A stretch of DNA of 59,786 bases, counting the filler. It is 3 parts of 3 records of this genome, joined end to end, with 100 filler letters (N's around TTAATTAATTAA, not from the genome) between each part and the next. Parts side by side here need not be neighbours in the genome. Positions count along the whole stretch, not along the records: positions 1 to 29,898 come from SRR31156797_7107; 2 more parts are not named here. One strand, written 5' to 3'. The notes below the pieces were generated by a model. The model was not told the origin of the DNA. It was given only the letters and a program-made list of their open reading frames with translations, and made no database searches. Within the stretch, counting starts at the first letter, position 1. Each line of letters opens with the position of its first letter. A program made the translations under genes and the position numbers. This document shows positions 10,005-19,523 of this stretch, piece by piece.

Positions 10005-10961
10005 TCACCTCCTTTTGATAATCCCTACGAGTCCTTTGGGAAAGAACCTCGCCATGAGAAGGGCCACCAGCCCGAACACCAGAACATGGTATTCACCGTA
10101 TGCGCGGATATATTCGGAGAGCACTTCCAGGGCAAAGGCGCCGATGATGGGACCCACAAAGGAACCCATGCCGCCGATCACGGTCATGGACAGCACCAGG
10201 AACTGCTGGTTCAATGAAGGGATCTCAGGGGTCACCAGCAGCAGATAGTGGCCGTACAGTCCACCGGCGAGACCCGCCAGAGCGCTTGAAACGGTAAAGG
10301 CCAGGACACGGACCCTGACCACATTGACGCCAAGGGATGCCGCGGCCCGCTCGTCGTTCTGCACTGCCCTGAAATTGAGCCCCACATTGGAATGGATGAG
10401 TTTGTACAGGATCACCAGGGTGAACACGGCCCCTAAAAGGAAAATATAGAAATAGGCGGATTTGGTGTAATCGGCAAGGAGCCCGGGTACCTGCAATCCC
10501 ATGGTGCCCCGGGTGATTTCATATTCGTTTGTGATGATGATGTGAAGAATTTCCGAGAACCCGAGGGTTGTGAGCGACAGGTAGATGCCCCCCATCCTCA
10601 AACAGAGTACGCCCACGGCCAATCCCAGAATACCGGCAACCAGCACGCCCAGGGTCACGCCGATCCAGGGATTGATGCCCATTTTGGCTGAAAGGATGCC
10701 GGTGGTGTAGGCACCGATGCCTGCAAAGGCCGCATGGGCGAATGAGACCTGGCCCGTATATCCGGCCAGGAGGTTCCAGCTGGATGCCATCATGACGTAA
10801 AAGAGACAGAGGATCACCACATGAAGGTTATAGTCATCCAGAAACAGAGGCAGAAAGCAGAACAGGCCTGCAATCAGGATCAAAATGGAAAAAAAAGGTT
10901 TGTCTTTCAACAAAAATCCTCCAGCCAGGGGTAATGAGGGATTAGTTCTCTCGCCGGCCAA
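10005..10961 (-). CDS. livM: ABC transporter permease (LivM-like)
   Basis: WNLLAGYTGQVSFAHAAFAGIGAY, YLSLTTLGFSEI, VIGGMGS. Confidence 0.9.
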   Translation of the reverse strand: MAGERTNPSLPLAGGFLLKDKPFFSILILIAGLFCFLPLFLDDYNLHVVILCLFYVMMASSWNLLAGYTGQVSFAHAAFAGIGAYTTGILSAKMGINPWIGVTLGVLVAGILGLAVGVLCLRMGGIYLSLTTLGFSEILHIIITNEYEITRGTMGLQVPGLLADYTKSAYFYIFLLGAVFTLVILYKLIHSNVGLNFRAVQNDERAAASLGVNVVRVRVLAFTVSSALAGLAGGLYGHYLLLVTPEIPSLNQQFLVLSMTVIGGMGSFVGPIIGAFALEVLSEYIRAYGEYHVLVFGLVALLMARFFPKGLVGIIKRR

Positions 10962-11799
10962 AAAGGCCCACCGGTCGAATGGCCAGTATTAGAATCAGAA
11001 TGATGAACCCGAACACATGTTTGTAACCCGTGGAGACAAAGGCTGCCCCGAAATTTTCCACCAGCCCCAGGGTAAGGCCCCCAACGATACAGCCCCACAT
11101 GGACCCCATCCCTCCCAGGACCACCACCACGAAAGCCGTTAATGCGATGGGAACCCCTGAAGTGGGGGTTACCGGAAAAACCGGGGCCAGGATGACGCCG
11201 GCGGCTCCCGCCAGGGCACATCCCAGACCGAAGCTGAGCATGTTCAGCCATTTGGTGTTGACGCCGTTTAGTTCCGCCATTTCCCGGTCCTGGCTGGTGG
11301 CGCGAATGATTTTCCCAAACCAGGTTTTTTTCAACATGATGAACACCGCCGCAATCACAACCACCCCCGCTACGAGTGCCGCCAGCCGCTGGTTGCCGTA
11401 GTAGAATTGGCCCAAGACATGGGTCGCCCCCTTGACCCAGCCGGGCGGTTTATTGGGATAGGGTCCGAATATGAACAGGTAGGCATTCTGTAGCACAATG
11501 GAAAGGATGAAGGTCAGGATCAGGGAATACATGTCGTCGCCGTAGGTGGGGCGGATCAGGGTGTATTCAATGAGAATGCCGAAAAGAAAGACCAGACCCA
11601 CTGCGGCTGCCATGGAAATGTAGATGTTCCAGCCCAGGGCATCCGCAAAAAGGAAGCTGAAATAGCCGGCCAGAATATAGAGTTCCCCATGGGCGAAGTT
11701 GACCACGTTCATGATGCCCACAATCAACGAAACGCCGAGGGCCGAAAGGGCATAAATCACGCCGATTACAATCCCGTTCATCAATGCCAGTGAAAACAT
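10942..11799 (-). CDS. livH: ABC transporter permease (LivH-like)
   Basis: YALSALGVSLIVGIMNVVNFAHGE, IRATSQDREMAELNGVN, VVLGGMGS, RPVGLFG. Confidence 0.9.
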   Translation of the reverse strand: MFSLALMNGIVIGVIYALSALGVSLIVGIMNVVNFAHGELYILAGYFSFLFADALGWNIYISMAAAVGLVFLFGILIEYTLIRPTYGDDMYSLILTFILSIVLQNAYLFIFGPYPNKPPGWVKGATHVLGQFYYGNQRLAALVAGVVVIAAVFIMLKKTWFGKIIRATSQDREMAELNGVNTKWLNMLSFGLGCALAGAAGVILAPVFPVTPTSGVPIALTAFVVVVLGGMGSMWGCIVGGLTLGLVENFGAAFVSTGYKHVFGFIILILILAIRPVGLFGRREN

Positions 11800-11889
11800 T
11801 TCAACAACCCTTCATGGATTAAAGGTTCTGAGGTTCAAAGGCTGCTCCAGCCCTGAACCCCGGAACGGTTACGGCTGTCCGCAAATAAA

Positions 11890-13080
11890 TTACTTAATGA
11901 GTTTGCCGGTGGCGCCTTCAGGGGGATAGAGTACCACCTGTTTTTTATCCTGCCACTGAATCACCAGCATGGGGGGCATCCAGTGATGATAGGACGGCCC
12001 GCCTTTCTCCGTCCCGAATTTGACATTGCCCCGGGTCACCAGCAGATTGCTTTCCTCGAGGGCCTTGACGATTTTATCCGGATCCGTGGAGCCGGCCCGG
12101 TTGATGGCATCGGCTGCAATGAGGACTGCGTCAAACATGGATCTGGATTTGTAGTCGGTCGGTTTTTTTCCGAATTCTTTCACATAGGCCTCACGGAAAT
12201 GGGTGGCCAGCTTTGTCAGCTCCACCTTTTCGTGCATGGATGAAACAAAGCATTCCAGGTTGCCGTAGTCCCCCACGTTTTTCCAGAAATTGGGCCAGAG
12301 GCTCGGAGGACCGGCCCCGTCCAGAATGGTGGCTTTGGGGGTGACTTTCATTTCGCCGGCCTGGGCCACGAAATAGTGAAGGCCCGTACCGTAAACAAAG
12401 GCCAGGATGACGTCCGGATCAAAGGCTTTGATCTTGGCCAGTTCCGTGTAATGATCCTGACCTTTCCGCTCGGTGACCAGGCTTTCGTTTTTAACACCGG
12501 CCTTGTCCAGGGCTTTTTTGCACAAGTCCGCAATCCCTAAGCCCCAGTCGGTGTTTTCGGCCACAATGTAGACTTTCTTGAATTTTTCAAAGGCCACCCA
12601 TTTGGCGATGGTATGGTTCACAACGCCTGAGTTGGAGGGGCCGGCACGAAACACATACTTGTAGTTCTTGGCGGTAATGGGATCTGCCCAGGCTTCCGCC
12701 ACGATAAAGGGCACCTTGAGCCGGTTGGCCACTTCGATTTCCGCCAAAGCCGCCGATGAGTGACTTTCACCCAGAACCATGGCAACCTTGTCACGGGTCA
12801 CCAGCCTCTCAAAACCGGAAGCGGCCTTGTCGGGGGCGCCTGCCGTGTCTTCAAAGACGACCTGCAGCTTTTTGCCCAGGACCCCGCCTTTGCCGTTGAT
12901 ATAGTCCGTGGCCAGTTTGATCCCCTCGTCAAAAGCTTTTCCCGTTGCGGCCGCCGTTCCCGTACGGGGGCCCACCACCCCTACCTTGATGGTGTCTTCG
13001 CAAAAACCCTGGGGGGCCGTAAAGATCAGGCACAATGCCAGAAAAAAACCACAAAATCCAAGCGTTAACTTCTTCATCAT
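11890..13080 (-). CDS. ABC transporter substrate-binding protein (LivK/LivJ-like)
   Basis: Signal peptide, IKVGVVGPRTG, INGKGGVLGKKLQVVFEDT, AINRAGSTD. Confidence 0.9.
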   Translation of the reverse strand: MMKKLTLGFCGFFLALCLIFTAPQGFCEDTIKVGVVGPRTGTAAATGKAFDEGIKLATDYINGKGGVLGKKLQVVFEDTAGAPDKAASGFERLVTRDKVAMVLGESHSSAALAEIEVANRLKVPFIVAEAWADPITAKNYKYVFRAGPSNSGVVNHTIAKWVAFEKFKKVYIVAENTDWGLGIADLCKKALDKAGVKNESLVTERKGQDHYTELAKIKAFDPDVILAFVYGTGLHYFVAQAGEMKVTPKATILDGAGPPSLWPNFWKNVGDYGNLECFVSSMHEKVELTKLATHFREAYVKEFGKKPTDYKSRSMFDAVLIAADAINRAGSTDPDKIVKALEESNLLVTRGNVKFGTEKGGPSYHHWMPPMLVIQWQDKKQVVLYPPEGATGKLIK

Positions 13081-13150
13081 TTGATCCTCCCGTAAAATTT
13101 GTTAACCTACCCGTTCCACGGTTGAAACGGAAACCCAAAGCGCAGGTTTT

Positions 13151-14482
13151 TCAGGATCCCGCACTGTTCAACACTTTTTCAAGAACCGTCTTGATGGCGT
13201 CAACCACCCGGTCCAGTTCCTCCCTTTTGATGGTAAAGGGGGGACCCAGCATGATGGCATCTCCCTCCCCTTGTGCAAAGCCCACACACTTGTAGGTAAT
13301 GACGCCCGCTTCCATGAGTGCATCAAAGATATCTTCCGTTATTTTTCTCTCTCTGGGAAAAGGGGCAAGGGTTTTCTTGTCCTTGGTGAATTCGATGGCC
13401 CACATCATGCCGATACCGCGCACTTCCGCCACATGGGGATGGTCCGAAAGGCTTGTTAGAATGTTCCCCAGATATCCTCCCAATTGGTATGCCCGTCTTA
13501 TAAGATCTTCTTTTTCAAGGATGTCCACGACGGCCAGGGCCGCAGCCGCCGCCACCGGGTGATGGGAAAAGGTGTGTCCATGGATGAAATTGCCACTGGT
13601 CTCATGCAGCAGGTCCAGGTGCGAGCTTCCGCATCCCACCGCGGACAGGGGTGCATATCCTCCGTTCAACCCCTTGCCCAGAACCATTATGTCGGGTTCG
13701 ACACCATACTGTTCGGCGCCGAACCATGTTCCGGATCGTCCCATGCCGCACATGATCTCATCCAGGATGAGCAAAACACCGTGTTTTTTGCAGATACGGG
13801 AGATGATATCATAATACTCCCGCGGGGGGACCACGGCCCCGATGGTGGAGCCCAAAATGGTTTCCGCCAGAAAGGCGGAGATGGTGTTTTTGCCTTCAAG
13901 CCGGATGGCCTCATCCAGTGCATGGGCACAACGGATATGGCATTGGGGATAGGTGAGACGGTAGTGGCAGCGAAGGCAGTAAGGCGGGGGGATGTGAATG
14001 GATGGGGGGAGCATGGGAATAAACGGATCCCGCATGCCCGGCTTTCCCGTTGCCGACAAAGCCCCCAGGGTGGAACCGTGGTAGGCGTGCCAGCGCGAAA
14101 TGACCCGATAACGGCCCGACTCCCCCCGGGATATTTGAATCTGGCGTGCCAGTTTCATGGCGGTTTCAACGGCTTCGCATCCACTGGAACAGAAGTAGAA
14201 ACGATCAATGGATCGTGGCCCATGAAAACTGAGACGTTCCGCTAAGGTTTCCACCGTTTCGGTGGTGAACATGGGGCCGTGTACGTAATCCACCTGAGTT
14301 GCCTGGGCCGCCATGGCTTCCGCCACTTCCCGGCGCCCATGACCCACATTGACGCAGATGGGTCCGCCGCTGGCGTCCAGATATCGTCTGCCCTCTTGAT
14401 CCGTGATCCATAAGCCTTCAGCCCGGACCGCCGTGGGGAGATCTCGGTCCAGGCGCCTGTGAAATACAAAACTATTGTCCAT
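13151..14482 (-). CDS. Class III PLP aminotransferase (omega/beta-amino acid type)
   Basis: YLDASGG, AYHGSTLGALS, LLILDEIMCGMGRSG, PDIMVLGKGLNGGY, HGHTFSHHP. ATG 14482 follows GGAGGGAGG and overlaps the IclR gene end. Confidence 0.9.
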   Translation of the reverse strand: MDNSFVFHRRLDRDLPTAVRAEGLWITDQEGRRYLDASGGPICVNVGHGRREVAEAMAAQATQVDYVHGPMFTTETVETLAERLSFHGPRSIDRFYFCSSGCEAVETAMKLARQIQISRGESGRYRVISRWHAYHGSTLGALSATGKPGMRDPFIPMLPPSIHIPPPYCLRCHYRLTYPQCHIRCAHALDEAIRLEGKNTISAFLAETILGSTIGAVVPPREYYDIISRICKKHGVLLILDEIMCGMGRSGTWFGAEQYGVEPDIMVLGKGLNGGYAPLSAVGCGSSHLDLLHETSGNFIHGHTFSHHPVAAAAALAVVDILEKEDLIRRAYQLGGYLGNILTSLSDHPHVAEVRGIGMMWAIEFTKDKKTLAPFPRERKITEDIFDALMEAGVITYKCVGFAQGEGDAIMLGPPFTIKREELDRVVDAIKTVLEKVLNSAGS

Positions 14483-15272
14483 GGCCTCCCTCCTCATAGA
14501 AGCCCAGGGCCCGGGAAATTTTGAGTGCCATGGATTTAACGGTGGGCGCCAGTATCCGGTGAATGTTCTCTTTTTCATATTGGGCTGCATTGACGGCCAT
14601 GTTAAGGGCCGCCACCACGTGCCCCTCCCGATTCCGGACAGGGGCCGCCACCGAGATGAGTTCCAGGGCCAGCTCTCCGTCATTGACCGCATAACCGTCA
14701 TGCCTGACTTTTTGCAGTATCCCTTTGAGGGCTTCCGTGGTCAGGACCGTACGGGAGGTCATGGGTGTTTTTGAGGACTTTTCGATAATGTTTATGGCCT
14801 GCTCCTCGGGTAGAAAAGCCAGGAGCACCCGGCCCATGGATGTGCAGTACGCAGGCAATTTTGAACCGATTTCAAGATTGATGGTCAGAATTTTCCGGGT
14901 CTTTATCCGGTCGATGTAGAGGATGTCGGTCCCGTCCAGAATGGCCAGGTTGAAGGTTTCACCATGGTCACGGCTGGCGCGCAACAGATAGGGGTGCGCG
15001 GTCTGCCAGAGATCCGAGGATTGAAAAGCGCCATACCCCAATGCCAGTACCTTTGGGGATACCCGGTAAGATTTCATGTCCGGGTCCTTGTCCACATAGC
15101 CCAGGGATTCCAGGGTGAAGAGGAATCGGTAGACCGTGGGGAGTGTCAAAGCCATGTCGGCCGCAATCCGACTGAGGGTAAGGGGTTCATGGCTCCGGGC
15201 CAGCAGTTCAAGGATTTTCAAGCCCCGGGCCAGGGAATTAATATGGTATCTTGTCTGGGTTGAATTTTGCAT
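14472..15272 (-). CDS. IclR-family transcriptional regulator (alternative start 15293)
   Basis: SLARGLKILELL...TLSRIA...TVYRFLFTLESLGYV HTH; LPAYCTSMGRVLLA; GYAVNDGELALELISVAAPV. Confidence 0.92.
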   Translation of the reverse strand: MQNSTQTRYHINSLARGLKILELLARSHEPLTLSRIAADMALTLPTVYRFLFTLESLGYVDKDPDMKSYRVSPKVLALGYGAFQSSDLWQTAHPYLLRASRDHGETFNLAILDGTDILYIDRIKTRKILTINLEIGSKLPAYCTSMGRVLLAFLPEEQAINIIEKSSKTPMTSRTVLTTEALKGILQKVRHDGYAVNDGELALELISVAAPVRNREGHVVAALNMAVNAAQYEKENIHRILAPTVKSMALKISRALGFYEEGGHGQ

Positions 15273-15376
15273 TGCGAAACCTTGTTTTGTCATATAAAAT
15301 AAATATTCGTTTTTTTCAAGAAAAAAATGAAGCGAAAATATTCAGCTTAGCAGAATTTGATAGGCTCTCAACTGTT

Positions 15377-15928
15377 TCAAAAAGCAAGGCGTCTTGAATA
15401 AAACCGTTGATTTTGTGACATAATGATGTGGTGACAACGATCAACCATTTTGATTTTTCGGATACGGTATGTGGATTGATCCATATCTACCCAAAAGAAC
15501 CCTTTTTGGGAATCTTGCCGGCAACCCATCCATGCCCCTTCAATGAGATAGCTGTTCCGCGCCAGTGGGACCATACGGTTAATTTGATAGATGACGACCG
15601 TTTCGCCGCTTATCCTGTCATAAAACCCCTTTCCAAAACCTTTTCCCCGTATGTGGTCAAGGTCGACCCGTTTGTCGTTTAGGTCATCAAACCTTTTCAA
15701 GAATCGTGTGCCGGGCATTTTGAGAGGATTTCCAAATGCCAGACAGATCTTCTTTTGACATTGAATCACGCGGCTCTCCCGAATGAGATAGCGGAAAAGT
15801 GCTTCTCGAAAATTCATTTCATGAATATCGGCTTCTTTTTTTTCAACCGGAGAGAGGCGGCACCCGGATGTCCATAATAATAAACCCAACATCAAAAAAT
15901 ATGCCTGAATTCTAAATTGAATAGTCAT
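15377..15928 (-). CDS. Hypothetical lipoprotein
   Basis: ATG 15928 follows GAAGAGGG; hydrophobic N-terminus with lipobox-like LWTSGC; divergent from the MocR gene. Confidence 0.55.
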   Translation of the reverse strand: MTIQFRIQAYFLMLGLLLWTSGCRLSPVEKKEADIHEMNFREALFRYLIRESRVIQCQKKICLAFGNPLKMPGTRFLKRFDDLNDKRVDLDHIRGKGFGKGFYDRISGETVVIYQINRMVPLARNSYLIEGAWMGCRQDSQKGFFWVDMDQSTYRIRKIKMVDRCHHIIMSQNQRFYSRRLAF

Positions 15929-15985
15929 TTTTCCCTCTTCTTGAACTTGTTTATCAAAATTTTCCTTGCCCTTGCATGATAGGGG

Positions 15986-16048
15986 ACCATAAACTGTTGT
16001 ACCCTGTAAAAACAGATGCAGTTTGTTGAAAAACCAACCATAACAGTT
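15986..16048. promoter_or_regulatory. Putative MocR operator (direct and inverted repeats)
   Basis: ACCATAA direct repeat (15986, 16037) and AACTGTT/AACAGTT inverted pair (15992, 16042) in the divergent intergenic region. Confidence 0.45.
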
Positions 16049-16061
16049 TCGAGGGAAACCC

Positions 16062-17507
16062 ATGTCAATTGCCGCCCAAAAAACCTGTTCCGATTTTCAC
16101 TACGTCAAGCTTGCCAATGAGCTGGAAGGCAAAATCGCGGAAGGTGTTTTCGAGATCGGTGAAAGACTCCCTTCCATAAGGGAACTTCACAAGAGGACCG
16201 GGCTGAGTATCACCACCGTCTATCAGACCTACATTGAGCTGGAAAAACGGGCGCTGATCGAAGCGAAGCCCAAATCCGGATATTATGTGAAAGATACACC
16301 CAAGTGCGACCTGGCTGTTCCGGCGCCCGGAAAGGCGTTGACCGGTCCCAGCAGACTTAAAGCGGAACATCTTTTGTCTTCGGTGGTGTCTACCCTTGGG
16401 GATAAGGATCTGCTTCAGCTGGGGTGTACGGTGATTTCTCCGGAACTGCTCCCCTTGAAACAATTTTCAAGGTCCATCCGGAACATTTCAAGGCATGACA
16501 TGGAAAGTATCGTTAGCTACGGCAATCCCCAGGGGGCGCCTGAACTTCGAAGGGAGTTGGCAAAACGGATGATCACGGGCCGGTTAAACCCGGTTCGTGA
16601 GGAGGATATGATTGTAACCAACGGCTGCATGGAGGCCCTTTCGCTCTCTTTGAGAGCGGTGGCCGCCCCGGGAGATGTCATTGCGGTTGAATCTCCCACT
16701 TTTTTCAGCCTTCTTCAGTTGATCCAGGATCTGGGAATGAAGGCATTGGAGATACCCACCCACCCACAAATGGGGGTGGACCTGGCATCGCTGAAAAAGG
16801 CATTGAAACTGAACCCGGTAAGCGCCTGCCTTTTCATTTCAAACTTTCATAATCCTTTGGGATGCGTAATTTCCCATGAGAACAAGCGGGAACTGGTGGG
16901 TTTTTTAAATGGAAAAGAGATTCCCGTCATTGAGGATGATATTTATGGGGACCTGAATTTCCAGAAGCCCCGGCCCGCCACTTTGAAATCCTTTGACCAA
17001 AAGGGGTTGGTACTTTACTGTTCCTCTTTTTCAAAAACCCTGGCACCGGGTTTGAGGGTTGGATTCACCCTGCCGGGCATATTTTCGGAAAAAGTGAAAA
17101 GGCTCAAAATCAACACCACCTTAACCGCGCCCACCATGAATCAATTGATCCTTTCCGATTTTCTTAGTAGCGGATCGTACGAACGCCATTTAAGAACTCT
17201 GCGCACTGCCCTTAAAAATCAGATGCATCGATCCACCATGGCCATAGCCCGCTATTTTCCTCAAAAAACCCGGGTGACCGCCCCTGACGGGGGATTCATG
17301 CTTTGGGTGGAACTGCCGGGGAAGATCAACAGCCTGGATGTTTACAGGGAGGCGCTCAAAAAACGGATTTCCATTATTCCCGGATTGATCTGCTCCAATT
17401 CCACCCGTTACGGACATTTCCTACGGATCAGTTGCGGTTATCCCTGGAATGACCGGATGGCGGAAGGATTTCAAACCCTGGGAAAGATCATAAAAGGATT
17501 GGAATAA
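16062..17507 (+). CDS. MocR/GabR-family regulator (GntR wHTH plus PLP aminotransferase-like domain)
   Basis: GERLPSIRELH...SITTVYQTYIELE...PKSGYYV; IVTNGCMEAL; HNPLG; IEDDIYG; SSFSKTLAPGLRVG. Confidence 0.93.
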   Translation: MSIAAQKTCSDFHYVKLANELEGKIAEGVFEIGERLPSIRELHKRTGLSITTVYQTYIELEKRALIEAKPKSGYYVKDTPKCDLAVPAPGKALTGPSRLKAEHLLSSVVSTLGDKDLLQLGCTVISPELLPLKQFSRSIRNISRHDMESIVSYGNPQGAPELRRELAKRMITGRLNPVREEDMIVTNGCMEALSLSLRAVAAPGDVIAVESPTFFSLLQLIQDLGMKALEIPTHPQMGVDLASLKKALKLNPVSACLFISNFHNPLGCVISHENKRELVGFLNGKEIPVIEDDIYGDLNFQKPRPATLKSFDQKGLVLYCSSFSKTLAPGLRVGFTLPGIFSEKVKRLKINTTLTAPTMNQLILSDFLSSGSYERHLRTLRTALKNQMHRSTMAIARYFPQKTRVTAPDGGFMLWVELPGKINSLDVYREALKKRISIIPGLICSNSTRYGHFLRISCGYPWNDRMAEGFQTLGKIIKGLE

Positions 17508-17534
17508 AAACACGCACCAGCTCAAGGTATGGTG

Positions 17535-17585
17535 CCCCCGAAATTTCGAAATTCCGCCGAAATTCCGCCGGGGCTCTTTTTTTTT
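17535..17585 (+). terminator. Possible intrinsic terminator after the MocR gene
   Basis: GCCCCCG...CCGGGGC pairing potential followed by a long T run; the loop contains a duplicated GAAATTCCGCC. Confidence 0.4.
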
Positions 17586-17698
17586 GTGACGTTTTGAAAC
17601 CGGCCGGTGTCTTAATAACAAACGTCGTACGGTATTTTCCGAGCGCCCGCCTTTGAGCGGACCCTCGGGAGAAAACCCACATACATAAGGAGATGGTG

Positions 17699-19516
17699 AT
17701 GAATATATTAAAAAAGGTAATGTTGTTCTCTTTTATCATGATCGTTGGTTTTGTTTCCCAAGCATTTTCCGGTGACAAGATCATTCTGGGGAACTTTGCG
17801 GAATGGGCGGTTTACGGAAGAAATTACCATGTCATGGATATCCCCGCCCACAAATTGACCCATATCAATTATGCTTTTGCAAAGGTCACCAGCGACGGCG
17901 AAATCGAGGTCTGGGACACATATGCGGCCCTGGAAAAGCACTATCCGGAAACCGATTCCTGGGAAATTGATGAAATTAAAGGCAATTTCAAGCAGTTGCG
18001 ATTGCTTAAAGAGGCGCATCCCCACTTGAAGCTCACGGTTGCGCTGGGTGGGTGGACCGGATCACAGTATTTTTCGGACATTTCCGCCACCGGGGAGGGC
18101 CGCATCAGGTTTGCCGAATCGGCAGAGAGGTTCCTGGAGCAGTACCCCATTTTTGACGGCTTTGACATCGACTGGGAATTTCCGGTCATCGACGGCCTGA
18201 CGCCGGGCCGGCCCGAAGACCGTGAGAACTTTTCCCTCCTCCTTAGGGAACTGCGGGCCACCCTCGGCCCGGACCGTCTCATCAGCGTCGCCGTGAATGC
18301 CGGCCCCAAGGGCATCGCGGCCATCGATTTCAGGGAGGTGGTGAAGTACGTTGACTGGATCGGCCTCATGTCCTATGACTTTCACGGTACCTGGGACCCC
18401 GCAACAGGGTACAATGCCGCGCTCTACAATAATGGCGATCTTCTCGAACCCCAGGCCAACATGGACTCGGCCGTGATGAACCTGATGGATGGGGGGGTCC
18501 CTCCGGAGATGATTCTCCCCGGCCTCCCCTTTTACGGCAGGAGCTACGCGGGCGTGACGGCGCCGGGCATCAACCAGTCTTTTACCGGGGCAGGTCCGGG
18601 GACGTACGAGCGCGGTTTTCTCGATTATAAAGATATACAAGAGAATTATGTGGGAAAGGATGGATACGAATACTGCTGGGACGATATTGCCGGCGTGCCT
18701 TATCTCTACAATGAAGCCAAGCAGGAGTTTGTCAGTTATGACGATGCCAGTTCCATCGCGGGCAAGGCCGCCTATGTGGCGGATAAGGGGCTGGGAGGGG
18801 TCATGATTTGGGAACTCTCCAGTGACAACGGCGATCTGGTCCAGGCCGTCCACGACGGTTTCGGCAATCCGCCACCGCCCTCCCCTGAACCCGTGCCGGA
18901 ACCTGACCCGGAACCGGAGCCCGACCCGGAGCCCGTTCCGGGCGGTGATGCCCATTTCGAAATCCAAATTACCTCCGACTGGGGAAACGGCTACTGCGCC
19001 GATGTAACGGTGACAAATCCCTACGCGCAGACCATCGCATGGAAAGTGATCTTCGAACTGGACGGAAGCCTGAGTTCCCTTTGGAGCGCAAATTACGAAG
19101 TATCCGGTAACACCGTTACGGCCACGGGGGTCTCCTGGAACCGCGAACTCGCGCCTCAATCGTCCACAACTTTCGGTTTCTGCGCAACCCGTTCCGAAGA
19201 CACGCCACCACCCGATCCGGAACCGGAACCCGATCCCGCACCCGACCCGGAACCCGATCCCGAACCGATACTGGAGACAGCCGTGAGCGTCACCTCCGAC
19301 TGGGGAAACGGCTACTGTGCCAACATCGACATCACAAACAAGGGCTCAAGCAACGAGGAATGGACCGTCACCGTCCCCATCGAGGGAAATGTCTCTTCCC
19401 TCTGGAACGGAACCTGGGTCCAGGATGGCCAACTGCTCACCGTCGAAGGGATGAGTTGGAACCGCACCCTGGCGCCGGGCGGTAGCGTGCAGGTGGGGTA
19501 TTGCGCTGCCAGGTAG
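17699..19516 (+). CDS. Secreted GH18 chitinase with two C-terminal CBM2-like modules and Pro/Glu/Asp linkers (alternative start 17693)
   Basis: Signal peptide; LTHINYAFA; ALGGWTGS; catalytic FDGFDIDWEFP (DxxDxDxE); MSYDFHG; GLGGVMIWELSSD; two SDWGNGYCA...W...SWN..L.P....FGFC/GYC modules. Confidence 0.92.
   Translation: MNILKKVMLFSFIMIVGFVSQAFSGDKIILGNFAEWAVYGRNYHVMDIPAHKLTHINYAFAKVTSDGEIEVWDTYAALEKHYPETDSWEIDEIKGNFKQLRLLKEAHPHLKLTVALGGWTGSQYFSDISATGEGRIRFAESAERFLEQYPIFDGFDIDWEFPVIDGLTPGRPEDRENFSLLLRELRATLGPDRLISVAVNAGPKGIAAIDFREVVKYVDWIGLMSYDFHGTWDPATGYNAALYNNGDLLEPQANMDSAVMNLMDGGVPPEMILPGLPFYGRSYAGVTAPGINQSFTGAGPGTYERGFLDYKDIQENYVGKDGYEYCWDDIAGVPYLYNEAKQEFVSYDDASSIAGKAAYVADKGLGGVMIWELSSDNGDLVQAVHDGFGNPPPPSPEPVPEPDPEPEPDPEPVPGGDAHFEIQITSDWGNGYCADVTVTNPYAQTIAWKVIFELDGSLSSLWSANYEVSGNTVTATGVSWNRELAPQSSTTFGFCATRSEDTPPPDPEPEPDPAPDPEPDPEPILETAVSVTSDWGNGYCANIDITNKGSSNEEWTVTVPIEGNVSSLWNGTWVQDGQLLTVEGMSWNRTLAPGGSVQVGYCAAR
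18859..19270 (+). repeat. Two PEPD/PEPE coding linker repeat tracts in the chitinase (about 18870-18940 and 19205-19270)
   Basis: Degenerate CCGGAACC/CCCGATCC hexamer repeats encoding (P-E/D)n. Confidence 0.8.
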
Positions 19517-19523
19517 GGTACCA

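Noticed and set aside
14483-14701. 73-aa N-terminal extension of the aminotransferase ORF
   Set aside because: It overlaps the IclR gene, and a strong RBS precedes ATG 14482.
17586-17690. Hairpin upstream of the chitinase as a riboswitch (e.g. c-di-GMP)
   Set aside because: A stem (CCGAG...CTCGG) is present, but I could not match the conserved nucleotides of any known riboswitch class.
18859-19317. Repeats in the chitinase as a CRISPR array
   Set aside because: They are in-frame coding linkers and duplicated domains, with only two copies of the 26-mer and no cas genes. No CRISPR array was seen in the window.
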